DNA from: an uncultured Candidatus Sumerlaeota bacterium
GTDB taxonomy: Bacteria; Sumerlaeota; Sumerlaeia; MVZB01; JAJFLK01
Direction of reading: 5' to 3'
Length of the DNA: 64,000 nt
Assembly: GCA_964598765.1 (NCBI GenBank)
Contig: CAZRCZ010000016.1
Span: 50,595-114,594, forward strand
Of the stretch, positions 55,057 to 64,000 are shown one piece after another. The notes under the pieces were generated by a model, which had not been told where the DNA came from, searched no databases, and saw nothing but the letters and a program-made list of their open reading frames with translations. Positions within the stretch are counted from its first letter, which is position 1. The number at the start of each line of letters is the position of its first letter. Position numbers and translations under genes: made by a program.

Positions 55057-56128
55057 AGACGTATTCGACTTCCTGCCGCGTCAGATGCGGATACATCGGG
55101 AGAGAAACGATCTCCTCGACGATTTTCTCCGCGACGGGGAACATTCCCGCCTTGAATCCATACTCGCGGAAGGCGGGCTGAAGGTGTAGCGCAATCGGAT
55201 AATGAAGTCCCGTCGAAATTCCCTTTGCGCTCAAGTGTTCCATCAACTTGTCGCGGTTGGCGAGACGGATGACGTAAAGATGCCAGCAGGGAGTCGCTTC
55301 GGGAATCGCCCGGGGCAATTTGATTCCTTCCACGCCGCCCAACAATTCCTCATACCACCCGGCGACGACCCTTCGCCTCGCGTTCCACTCGTCCAATTTT
55401 CTTAGCCTTTCGCGCAAGATGGCGGCGTGGAGCGAATCAAGCCGGTCATTGGAACCGAAAATTTCGTGGGTGTATTTTTCGAGCCGCCCGTGGTTGGTGA
55501 ACATGCGAACGTATTTGTCCACCGCGGGATCGTCGGTGACGACCGCGCCGCCGTCGCCGAACGTTCCCAAATTTTTTGAGGGGAAAAACGAAAGGCAGGC
55601 GGCCAGTCCGAATGTTCCGACGGGCTTGCCTCGATAAGCCGCGCCCTGCGCCTGCGCGCAATCCTCAATCAGCGGAACCCTGTGTTTTTGCGCGATGGCC
55701 GTCAGCGCGTTGAGTTTGGCGGGCAGGCCGTAGAGATGGACGGCAATGATCGCGCGCGTTCGGGGGGTAATCGCCGCCTCGACCGCTGAAGGGTAGATCG
55801 TATAAGTTTCCTCGATGTCGCAAAAAACAACCTTGGCTCCCGCTTGGTGAATCGCCTCGGCGGTTGGAAACGCCGTGTGAACCGTGGTGATGACTTCATC
55901 CCCCGGAGAAATCTTCAACGACCGCAGGGTCGTGGAGATTGCCGTCGTACCGTTGGCGACGCCGCAGGCGAACTTGCGCCCGAAACTTTGCGTCAGAGCC
56001 TGCTCGAAATCCTTGACCGGCTTCCCGCCGATGAACCACGAATTTTCAATGACGGTCCGCATCGCGCCGTCAATTTCATTTTTGATTTCCTCGTATTGAG
56101 GTTTGAGGTCAACAAACTGAACTTTCAC
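55025..56128 (-). CDS. DegT/DnrJ/EryC1/StrS-family PLP-dependent sugar aminotransferase (ArnB-like)
   Basis: VKVQFVDLKPQYEEIKNEI N-terminus (GTG start proposed at 56128) and the PLP-lysine region FFPSKNLGTFGDGGAVVT. Confidence 0.75.
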   Translation of the reverse strand: MKVQFVDLKPQYEEIKNEIDGAMRTVIENSWFIGGKPVKDFEQALTQSFGRKFACGVANGTTAISTTLRSLKISPGDEVITTVHTAFPTAEAIHQAGAKVVFCDIEETYTIYPSAVEAAITPRTRAIIAVHLYGLPAKLNALTAIAQKHRVPLIEDCAQAQGAAYRGKPVGTFGLAACLSFFPSKNLGTFGDGGAVVTDDPAVDKYVRMFTNHGRLEKYTHEIFGSNDRLDSLHAAILRERLRKLDEWNARRRVVAGWYEELLGGVEGIKLPRAIPEATPCWHLYVIRLANRDKLMEHLSAKGISTGLHYPIALHLQPAFREYGFKAGMFPVAEKIVEEIVSLPMYPHLTRQEVEYVCEHVRSFIGK

Positions 56129-56247
56129 CGCAAAACTCCCGGTTGATTCGGAGATAAGAATGATCCGTCCGCGCGGCGAAATTTGCCCGAATCCACGCCG
56201 CGCTTGCCGAAATATAAACCCGATGAGCAAGATTGGATAGGGATAAT

Positions 56248-58143
56248 TCAGGATTTTGGACCGCTTTTTTTCTTTCCGTCCACGGCCTTTTTCAGATTGT
56301 ATTCGACGTCCTGATTGCCGGGATCCAGCTTTCCCGCCACCTGAAACTCAGTGATGGCCTCGTCGAACCTCCCCAGACGAGCCAAAGCGACGCCCAGATT
56401 CAGGTGGAACGAAGCGTTGTCCGGCTTGAGTTCTATCGCCCGGCGGTAGGACTCAACGGCCTCCGCGAATTTCTCTTGATTGATGAGCGTGTTGGCAAGG
56501 TTGAAATGGGCGTCGGCAAACTCGGGACGCAGGCGCGCCGCCTCGCGGTAGTTCGCCACGGCTTCATCCATCTTCCCTTTTCCTCCCAATACCGTTCCGA
56601 GATTGTAATAAGCGTTGGCGTGGTTAGGTTTGTATCGGATTGCCAGACGATATTGTTCGATCGCTTCGTCAATTCTATCCATCTCGGTCAAAACCACGCC
56701 AAGGTTAAAATGGGCGTCAGGATATTCGGGACGCACCTCCATTGCCCTCCGGAACAGCTCGGCGGCTTTGTTCCGTTCTCCCTTGCGGCTGAAACCAACT
56801 CCGAGACCCGCGAGCGCCTCGGGGGAATCGGGCAATTTATCAGCCGCGTTCCCGAAGTATCGGATGGCCTCGTCGTTCTTGTTCTCTCCGAGCCGTATGA
56901 ATCCCATTTGAAGGTTGGCGTTAAACGCTTGGGGATCGGTATGAAGCCATTGTTCATGAAAAGCGAGATCGGTCTTGAAATAGGTCGCGCGATGGAAGGA
57001 AATGACAACACACGTCCAAGCAAGAATCCTACCCAACCAATCGAAGCCGGAATGGAAGCGCGAGTGGGGAATGAATTCCCCATGGAGCGACGCGGCCAAG
57101 GCGAACACGGCGAAAGACGACAGAAAAATATAGCGCTCGTCGTATTGGGCCTCCTGCCGCAGGAGGTTGGACGTCGGCAGGAGCGCGAGGAAAAACCACG
57201 AGAGCCAAAAGAATGCGACGGATCGTTTTTGTTTGCCGGAGCGGATCGCCAAATAGGCAAGGAGGAGCGTCGCCCCGTCCGCAAGGATCAGGCGGGGAAC
57301 CGACGGCCAGCGCGCAAGCGTCGGCTCATAGACCAATTCCCATGTCGGCGCGAAAATGGTTTGCAACGCATAGGCCGCGGCCAACGGCGGTCCCCAGAGC
57401 GTTCCGAACAAAAATTCGCCTCCACCGAAAAGTTTCCGGCGAATGGCGAAATATAGAATTAGAATCGGTCCCAGCGCAATATAACGCCGAACCCACCCGC
57501 CGACGCTTTTGCCGGGGGGATCGGGCGTAAGTTTCAAGAGATCGGCAAGAACGAACAGCGCGGGAACCACGACCGCCTGCTCCTTGCTCAAGAGCGCTCC
57601 GGTGAAAGCAAGGATAGCGACGCCGCGCCATTTCGCGCCGCCGTTCAAGTGCGCGGCCATCGCGCCCAGAATCCATACCGCCGGCATGAGAGTCTCGCGT
57701 CCCGACGAAATTGGATACACGCACGATGACGCGACCGGGTGAATCGAGAACAGGACTGCGACGGCTGTCGCCTCGGCTTTGCCCAGTCCAAAAACGGGAC
57801 GCCGCGCGAGGGCATAACCGAGCGCGGCTCCCAAACCCATCAAAACGGCGTTGAAAACATGAAATGGCCCCGGCCGCTCGCCGTGAATTGTCTTTTGCAG
57901 AAGAAGCGTCGTCCGCGTGATGGGACGGTAATAGGGGAGATTGTAGAAATGCCGCTCGGCGAAAATCCGCGCCACGTCGGAAACCGAATGAGGCGCGGCC
58001 TGCGCCTCGATCACTTCGTGGTCGTCGTAGATGAAGCCATTGCAGTAAGAGAGAATCGAATAAAACAGGGCTACCACGGCGAACAAGATCAGAGCCGTAA
58101 AGGAACCCCGCCGCTCAAATTTGTCCCTGATCCCCAATTCCAT
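56248..58143 (-). CDS. TMTC-like membrane protein: N-terminal polytopic GT-C-like domain plus C-terminal TPR repeats
   Basis: About 10 TM helices with DD/DHE near TM1 (NGFIYDDHEV). About 7 C-terminal TPR units (AIRYFGNA...; AAELFRRAMEVRPEYPDAHFNLG...). Confidence 0.7.
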   Translation of the reverse strand: MELGIRDKFERRGSFTALILFAVVALFYSILSYCNGFIYDDHEVIEAQAAPHSVSDVARIFAERHFYNLPYYRPITRTTLLLQKTIHGERPGPFHVFNAVLMGLGAALGYALARRPVFGLGKAEATAVAVLFSIHPVASSCVYPISSGRETLMPAVWILGAMAAHLNGGAKWRGVAILAFTGALLSKEQAVVVPALFVLADLLKLTPDPPGKSVGGWVRRYIALGPILILYFAIRRKLFGGGEFLFGTLWGPPLAAAYALQTIFAPTWELVYEPTLARWPSVPRLILADGATLLLAYLAIRSGKQKRSVAFFWLSWFFLALLPTSNLLRQEAQYDERYIFLSSFAVFALAASLHGEFIPHSRFHSGFDWLGRILAWTCVVISFHRATYFKTDLAFHEQWLHTDPQAFNANLQMGFIRLGENKNDEAIRYFGNAADKLPDSPEALAGLGVGFSRKGERNKAAELFRRAMEVRPEYPDAHFNLGVVLTEMDRIDEAIEQYRLAIRYKPNHANAYYNLGTVLGGKGKMDEAVANYREAARLRPEFADAHFNLANTLINQEKFAEAVESYRRAIELKPDNASFHLNLGVALARLGRFDEAITEFQVAGKLDPGNQDVEYNLKKAVDGKKKSGPKS

Positions 58144-58227
58144 CCCTCTCCCCGAACGAATCCGCCATTAACAATAGCCGCCGATCCGCGCCGATTCACG
58201 CTGATTCTTGCAAGGTCGGAGTAAAGT

Positions 58228-59421
58228 TTGACCCCATTTCTCGATTTAGTTAGGCTTGAACCAATGATTCTCGCTCCCACATTGACCACACCGTCCACTT
58301 CGTCCACTGCCGTTGAATGGAACAGCTTCGCCGATCCTTTTCTTGAAACGATCAACGCGAAACTAGACCGGAAGGAGAGGCTCACGCTCGACGACGGCGT
58401 CCGATTGTTCCGGACGCACGACTTGCTTGGACTCGGCGCGTTGGCCAATCGCGTCCGCGAGGCACGCCACGGAAACAAGACCTACTACAACGTCAACCGC
58501 CACATCAATTACAGCAACGTTTGCGTGAATCACTGCCGGTTCTGCGCGTTTTACCGCTCCGACGCCAACGCCCCCGGCGCGTGGACCTACAAGCTGGAGG
58601 AAATTTTCGCCAAGGCGGTGAACGACATGCCTCCCGACGGCGACGAATTGCACATCGTCGGCGGACTTCATCCCGATCTTCCCTATGAATACTACCTCGA
58701 AATGCTTCGCGGCCTGAAACAACGCCTGCCGCGCGTTCACCTCAAAGCCTTCACCGCCGTCGAGATCGCGCATCTTTCCAAAATCGGCCACAAACATGTC
58801 AAGGCAGTCTTGGAGGATTTGATTCAGGCGGGACTCGGTTCGCTGCCCGGTGGCGGCGCCGAAGTCCTCACGCCGAGCAGTCGCAAGGAAGTTTGCGGCG
58901 AGAAATTGACCGGCAAGGGATGGCTTAATATTCACCGGATCGCGCATCAGCTCGGCATCAAGAGCAATTCCACGTTGCTCTACGGCCACCGCGAAACGAT
59001 CGAGGACCGCGTGGATCACATGATCCAACTCCGCGATTTGCAGGACGAAACCGGAGGTTTTCAGGTTTTCATTCCGCTGGCGTTTCATCCGGAAAACACC
59101 GAGATGAGCGAAATCCGCAAGCCGAGCGGCGCGACCGATCTCCGCATGGTCGCCGTCGGACGGCTCATGCTCGACAACTTCGACAACATCAAGTCGTATT
59201 GGATCATGGTCGGGACCAAGATCGCTCAACTCGCCCAGCATTTCGGCGCGAACGACGTGGACGGGACGGTCGTCGAGGAGACGATTTATCACATGGCCGG
59301 AGCAAAAACGCCCCAAGGCATGTCGGTCAAGGAACTGCAAAAACTGATCCGCGAGGCCGGCCGAATCCCCGTCCGCCGCGACACGCTCTACAACGAAATC
59401 CGAACTCCGGATGCGGCTTGA
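58228..59421 (+). CDS. radical SAM menaquinone (futalosine pathway) enzyme, MqnC/MqnE family
   Basis: NYSNVCVNHCRFCAFYR has the CxxxCxxC motif. Length and overall pattern are typical of MqnC/MqnE. Start may be the internal Met at 58264. Confidence 0.75.
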   Translation: MTPFLDLVRLEPMILAPTLTTPSTSSTAVEWNSFADPFLETINAKLDRKERLTLDDGVRLFRTHDLLGLGALANRVREARHGNKTYYNVNRHINYSNVCVNHCRFCAFYRSDANAPGAWTYKLEEIFAKAVNDMPPDGDELHIVGGLHPDLPYEYYLEMLRGLKQRLPRVHLKAFTAVEIAHLSKIGHKHVKAVLEDLIQAGLGSLPGGGAEVLTPSSRKEVCGEKLTGKGWLNIHRIAHQLGIKSNSTLLYGHRETIEDRVDHMIQLRDLQDETGGFQVFIPLAFHPENTEMSEIRKPSGATDLRMVAVGRLMLDNFDNIKSYWIMVGTKIAQLAQHFGANDVDGTVVEETIYHMAGAKTPQGMSVKELQKLIREAGRIPVRRDTLYNEIRTPDAA

Positions 59422-59504
59422 GCGCCGGTCCGATCTGAGTCGAACCCGAAATGTGGATTGACTCTTAATCCGTTTCGAGAGGCACGTCCAATCCTTCGAA
59501 AGGA

Positions 59505-61016
59505 TCACGAGTCGAGATGAGGAACAAGGTAGCGGCGCAACCGCGCACGACGAATGGACCAACCCCGCCAATCGGCCAAATTATTCTTCAGAATATCTTC
59601 GACCCTCACCAAAGCTTGGTTCGTTTGATGCCGACGATGGGGATCAAGGATTAGTTCATCTACACGATGAAGGGCCGGCAAGGCTTCCTCGCCCAATTCC
59701 GCCAAGTATAAAACATCTATGGAAGGACCTTCGCCGCGCATCTCCTTGCAGTGATTTACATTGTAATTTGCGATGTATGCTTCCAAGTTGATGAAGGAGC
59801 AAAGATACAAGACAGCGAGGAGGGTCAGGGCATTGACCTTTAGTAGCCAGCCGTTATCGCGCCCCGTAGCGAGCCGAATGATGATCCAAATCAAGCCCAT
59901 CGCCACAATCAGCATCCAAATGCCCGCCGCCAAACGAAGCCGCGTCAACGTATAAACGGCGACGTACAGGTGCAATCTCCACGCGGCGGTGAAGGTGAGA
60001 AAAACATTTTGTCCCAGCCAGACGAACACGAGGCGGTGGGCGAGACGAATTTTGTCGCCGCGTTCTCCCGGGCGAAACGCGGCCAGCACAAATCCCGCGG
60101 CAAGGAGCGCCGTCGCAACCAAAGGATACGCTCCCCGGTGCGCGTATTCCGCGTGACTCAGACCCTCGGGGAGCCGCCGACCGGAAAACAGATAAGTTGC
60201 GTCGAGGAGCGTTTGAACGGCGAAAACCAAGTTAAACCACGCAAGACACCGCACAAGCGTTGCGTTCAGGAGAGAATCGCCGGGGGAAATTTTTGGTTTC
60301 AGGCCCATCGAAGAAACCGCCCGAGTCCACCCCAAGTCGAATTTTAGGCGAAAGGGACGGCAACGAAGCAATGTCCAAATAAACGCGGACCAAACCATCC
60401 ACCACACCATACGATCAATGCCGGGCAAATCAAACCCCCGTAGGAAATCTCTGACGAGATCCATTTGCCGTTGGACCCAGATATCAATGATTGGATTGGC
60501 CATCGAGAATAAACCTACGAAGACCATGCTAAGCAAAATCGGAATCATCCAAAGGAAAGCGAACCGTTTGAGCGGGCGTGACAAATCCCACTCTTTGCCG
60601 GCTCTGCGCTTCCATGTTTGCCAATCCCTGATCGGACGCAAGATCATCTCTCGCGCAAAGCCCCCATACGCCGCGATCCATGATCCAAACCCCGCAAACC
60701 ATCCGAGCCGACCCGCCAAAGCAAGCGTTATAATCCCCATCCCTCCCAGCAGGGTTGAGATCAGTCCCGGCTGGAGAACCATGGCCACCGCCAAGCCGGC
60801 AAGCCCATTTAGAATGGCTATTCCAAGGCGCTTAAACGCAGTTCGGGGCCAACGCAAGACGGTGAGTGACGTGATGAGGATCAACCATGCGCCCGCACTC
60901 CATCCAACGGGATGATGATAGAATAGGAAGTCGGCTCCCACGGCTCCAAGCAAAGTGAAAGCCGCCTGTCTCTTGGAACTCCAAATGCTGTTTCGGCAAT
61001 TGGAAGCAAAGCTCAT
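59505..61016 (-). CDS. polytopic membrane protein of unknown function
   Basis: 503 aa with about 12 predicted TM helices. No motif recognised. Confidence 0.55.
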   Translation of the reverse strand: MSFASNCRNSIWSSKRQAAFTLLGAVGADFLFYHHPVGWSAGAWLILITSLTVLRWPRTAFKRLGIAILNGLAGLAVAMVLQPGLISTLLGGMGIITLALAGRLGWFAGFGSWIAAYGGFAREMILRPIRDWQTWKRRAGKEWDLSRPLKRFAFLWMIPILLSMVFVGLFSMANPIIDIWVQRQMDLVRDFLRGFDLPGIDRMVWWMVWSAFIWTLLRCRPFRLKFDLGWTRAVSSMGLKPKISPGDSLLNATLVRCLAWFNLVFAVQTLLDATYLFSGRRLPEGLSHAEYAHRGAYPLVATALLAAGFVLAAFRPGERGDKIRLAHRLVFVWLGQNVFLTFTAAWRLHLYVAVYTLTRLRLAAGIWMLIVAMGLIWIIIRLATGRDNGWLLKVNALTLLAVLYLCSFINLEAYIANYNVNHCKEMRGEGPSIDVLYLAELGEEALPALHRVDELILDPHRRHQTNQALVRVEDILKNNLADWRGWSIRRARLRRYLVPHLDS

Positions 61017-61185
61017 GGCTGAATGTCAATCTATCACAAGCGCTCCCAACTTCACAAGATCGCGCCAACGCCGCATCTTCCCTCAACGCGGGCTTGACTC
61101 CACCGTTCCGCTCGCCGAAACTTGGGGCGCAGATGAATCGAACCGTAGCGTCCCGGAGGGCGCGAAGATCAGGAAAGGAATTATC

Positions 61186-62022
61186 ATGAATTGGAAAAAG
61201 ACTTCCGCATTGCTTGCGGGAATGGCGATTCTTGCCGCGACGCTCATTCCCAGCCTCGGCCATGCCGCCGACGCCAAGAAAGCCAAAATTCTCATGCTCA
61301 CGCATTGGGAAAAATTCAAGCATCCGTCGCTTCCCGTCGGCGAGAAGATTTTGAAGGAAATGGGCGAAAAGAGCGGCGTTTTCGAGGCCGTTTGCATCGA
61401 AGGATACAAACAGGACCCCAAGAGCGCCGATCTCTCGATCATCACCGCAGATTATCTCAAGCAATTCGACGCCATTGTTTTCTTCACGCAGGGCGATCCG
61501 CCGCTGACCGACGCCCAAAAGAAAGCGATCCTCGATTTCGTCAAGGGAGGCAAGGGAACCGTTCACATCCATTGCGGAACCGATAGTTTCTACAAATGGC
61601 CGGAATACGGCGAACTCCTAAGCGGAGCGTATTTCAAGACACATCATCCCAACGACAAGAAGCTCACCCTCAAGGTTGAGGACCCCAATCATCCCGCGAC
61701 GAAAATGCTCGGCGGAAGCTGGACGCTGGCCGACGAGTTTTATCAATATCGCCCCGAATCCTTTTCGCGCGACCGCGTTCACGTCCTCTTGAGCGTGGAC
61801 ACCGACAAGAGCGATCTCGCGCCGCAACAGATGGAAAAGGGAGGGGATTATCCGTTGTCGTGGTGCCGGATGGTCGAGAAGGGGCGATCCTTCACCACCG
61901 CGCTCGGCCATCGCGACGACGTCTGGACCGATCCCACGTATCAAGCCCACCTTCTCGGCGGAATCAAGTGGGTTCTCGGCCTTGAGCCGGGGGATGGCAA
62001 ACCATCCGGCGCGAAAAAATAG
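61186..62022 (+). CDS. ThuA-domain (class I glutamine amidotransferase-like) protein
   Basis: Signal peptide plus KILMLTHWEKFKH...AIVFFTQGD...TVHIHCGTDSF, typical of ThuA family. ATG at 61186 has an AGGAAAGG RBS. Confidence 0.75.
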   Translation: MNWKKTSALLAGMAILAATLIPSLGHAADAKKAKILMLTHWEKFKHPSLPVGEKILKEMGEKSGVFEAVCIEGYKQDPKSADLSIITADYLKQFDAIVFFTQGDPPLTDAQKKAILDFVKGGKGTVHIHCGTDSFYKWPEYGELLSGAYFKTHHPNDKKLTLKVEDPNHPATKMLGGSWTLADEFYQYRPESFSRDRVHVLLSVDTDKSDLAPQQMEKGGDYPLSWCRMVEKGRSFTTALGHRDDVWTDPTYQAHLLGGIKWVLGLEPGDGKPSGAKK

Positions 62023-62122
62023 ATAGGATCAACAATGGACAGGCTTAACAGGATTGACAGGATTTCCGCATTTTTGATCCTGTCAATCATGTAAATCCTG
62101 TCTAAAAACAATTACGACCCTC

Positions 62123-63670
62123 ATGTTGAAAGTCGTCACCGCCGCGCAGATGAGACGGATTGATGCCGTTGCGATCCGCGAGCGGGGCATTCCGGGTCTG
62201 GAATTGATGGAACGCGCGGGAGAGGCTGTCGCCCGCGAAGTTGTCGAACGGTTCGAACCTCAATCCGTCGCCGTTGTCACCGGCAAGGGCAACAACGGCG
62301 GCGACGGGTTCGTCGCGGCGCGTCTTCTTCATCAGCGAAACGTCAAGACGACGGTCTTTGCCCTTTTCGGCGCGGACCAACTTTCCGGCGACGCGCTGGA
62401 CAATTCCAAAAAGCTTCCGGGCGATCTTCCCGTCGAGATCATTTCGACCGCGGATTCCCTGCGCGAGCCACTCCGCGGCTTTGATGTAATCGTGGATGCC
62501 ATCTTGGGAACGGGATTGAAGGGACCAGTCACCGGATTCCTCGCGGACGCGATTGAAGCCGTCAATTCTACTCGAATTCCCGTGGTGGCCGTGGATATTC
62601 CGTCGGGTTTGCTTGCCGATTCGCAATCGGTCGCCGCGCCGCTTGGTCCGCACATCCGCGCCGCGCTAACCGTCTCGATGGGGCTTCCCAAAATCGGAAT
62701 GGTTCTCGATCCGGGGATGCGCTCGGCGGGAGTCGTCACGGTTGCCGACATCGGCTTTCCCGACGATCTTTTGAGGGACCCCGCGATTTCAGCAAGCGTC
62801 ATGGAAATCCAAGACGCCAAAGCGATGTTGCCTCCTCGTCCGCCTTGGGGAAACAAAGGGACGTTTGGGGGCGCTCTGATTTTAGGAGGAAGCGAAGGAA
62901 TGACCGGCGCGGCGATTTTGGCCGCTCAAGCGGCCTCGCGGTCCGGCGTCGGGCTGGTTTACTCCTCCTATCCGCGACCGCTCGGCGAAATCTTTGAATC
63001 GCATTTGATCGAGCCGGTCAAACGTCCCTTGCCCGGGGGCGAGCGATGGTTCACGGCTACTCACGTTAAAACCGCCTTGCGCGAATCGGAAAATGTTCAA
63101 TCCGTCGCGCTGGGTCCGGGCATTGGTCAGCGTCCTACGACGGCAAAATTTGTTTCCGCCATGATTCGTGGAATTCAAGCGCCGATGGTGTTGGACGCGG
63201 ACGCGATCAATTTGCTCACGTCTGATGTGAACGCTCTCAAATGCCGCGCGGGACCGACGATCCTTACGCCGCATCCGGGCGAACTGGCCCGGCTACTGAA
63301 ATCTTCCGTCGCGGAAATCGAATCCAACCGGCTCGATGCGTGCATTTCTCTTTCCCGCGAGTTCAAGGTCGTCGTCGCGCTCAAGGGTTCGCAAACGATC
63401 ATCACGACGCCCGACGGCCAACGGTTCATCAATCCCAGCGGCAACAGCGGTCTTGCCAAAGGGGGAAGCGGCGACGTGCTGACCGGCCTGCTCGCCGGAT
63501 TGCTTGCTCAAGGTTGCCCCATCGCCGATGCCTCGCGACTGGGAGTTTTCCTTCACGGCCTTGCCGCCGACCGCGCCGCGGCTAAACTCGGCGTTCGCGC
63601 CATGACGCCAAGCGACGTCATCGCAAATCTTGGCAACGCATTTCTTTCTTTGCGGAACGAAGCCAATTAA
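62123..63670 (+). CDS. nnr: bifunctional NAD(P)H-hydrate repair enzyme Nnr (epimerase + ADP-dependent dehydratase)
   Basis: N-terminal YjeF-N (VVTGKGNNGGDGFVAARLL). C-terminal carbohydrate-kinase-like dehydratase (GPGIG...; LKGSQTIITTPDG; GGSGDVLTGLLAGLLAQG). Confidence 0.85.
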   Translation: MLKVVTAAQMRRIDAVAIRERGIPGLELMERAGEAVAREVVERFEPQSVAVVTGKGNNGGDGFVAARLLHQRNVKTTVFALFGADQLSGDALDNSKKLPGDLPVEIISTADSLREPLRGFDVIVDAILGTGLKGPVTGFLADAIEAVNSTRIPVVAVDIPSGLLADSQSVAAPLGPHIRAALTVSMGLPKIGMVLDPGMRSAGVVTVADIGFPDDLLRDPAISASVMEIQDAKAMLPPRPPWGNKGTFGGALILGGSEGMTGAAILAAQAASRSGVGLVYSSYPRPLGEIFESHLIEPVKRPLPGGERWFTATHVKTALRESENVQSVALGPGIGQRPTTAKFVSAMIRGIQAPMVLDADAINLLTSDVNALKCRAGPTILTPHPGELARLLKSSVAEIESNRLDACISLSREFKVVVALKGSQTIITTPDGQRFINPSGNSGLAKGGSGDVLTGLLAGLLAQGCPIADASRLGVFLHGLAADRAAAKLGVRAMTPSDVIANLGNAFLSLRNEAN

Positions 63671-63700
63671 CCAACCGCCAAGAAAATTCCGAGCCGCGCC

Positions 63701-63997
63701 TCATTTCGCCGATGCGGTCTTGAGCGATCCCCCTTTTTTCACGCCGACAAATTCGACGTGCCGGTTCACGCGGTCGCCTCGATTGCCGAAGACGTTGTCG
63801 GTCTCCATTTTGCCGGCGATCTTGCCGTCCTCCTTGAGGGTTCCGCTGAAGATGATCTTGCCCATCTCGCCGATGGGAATGGTCAGACGGAAATCATTCC
63901 CTTTCCATTCCACGGGCACGGGAAGCGTCGAGATGACCTCGCCGGGCAGAGCCATGAAATCGGCCCCTTTGCCCTCGCGGGGCAAATTCAAGACCAT
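63701..63997 (-). CDS. hypothetical protein (may extend beyond window end)
   Basis: 98-aa ORF at the window edge. No motif recognised. Confidence 0.3.
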   Translation of the reverse strand: MVLNLPREGKGADFMALPGEVISTLPVPVEWKGNDFRLTIPIGEMGKIIFSGTLKEDGKIAGKMETDNVFGNRGDRVNRHVEFVGVKKGGSLKTASAK

Positions 63998-64000
63998 CGG

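Overview
This 64-kb window comes from a high-GC bacterial chromosome whose gene content looks Planctomycetota/Verrucomicrobiota-like (PSCyt1-type cytochrome c, DUF1559-type pilin, several TM+TPR and GT-C proteins). Housekeeping genes (thrB, hisH, hemW, recO, comEC, nnr, mqnC/E-family, ABC transporter) are interleaved with envelope-glycoconjugate genes and several accessory islets. Six things stand out. (1) Two adjacent giant paralogous secreted proteins (9675-14498 and 14781-17957) have Pro/Thr-rich linkers carrying 4 and 2 copies of an unassigned ~190-aa Cys-bounded domain. Gene 1 contains a 651-bp tandem duplication with 1 mismatch. Both genes have an identical 28-nt promoter-like motif upstream and a conserved C-terminal tail PTPTPNAV(R/Q)DWELF(D/E). 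(2) A low-GC three-gene cassette at 28096-30083 (membrane protein + SLOG/DUF2493-like protein + ComF-like phosphoribosyltransferase) sits next to a BrnT/BrnA toxin-antitoxin pair and a nested-palindrome MITE-like element. It is a candidate undescribed nucleotide-centric conflict or defence system. (3) A 1013-aa patatin-like phospholipase has its catalytic motifs split by a large polytopic membrane insertion and is co-operonic with an alpha/beta hydrolase and a sugar-binding protein. (4) An Arn-like aminosugar/polyprenol glycosylation operon (DegT aminotransferase, ArnT-like GT-C, GT2, LAB_N, Gfo/Idh/MocA) lies next to a TMTC-like TM+TPR protein. It could O-glycosylate the Pro/Thr linkers. (5) There are three membrane-anchored SGNH hydrolase paralogs; two are tandem with TTGA start/stop overlaps and the third carries a PA14 domain. 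(6) Several structured or inverted-repeat intergenic elements are present. Exact start codons are uncertain in places because many genes appear to use TTG/GTG starts.
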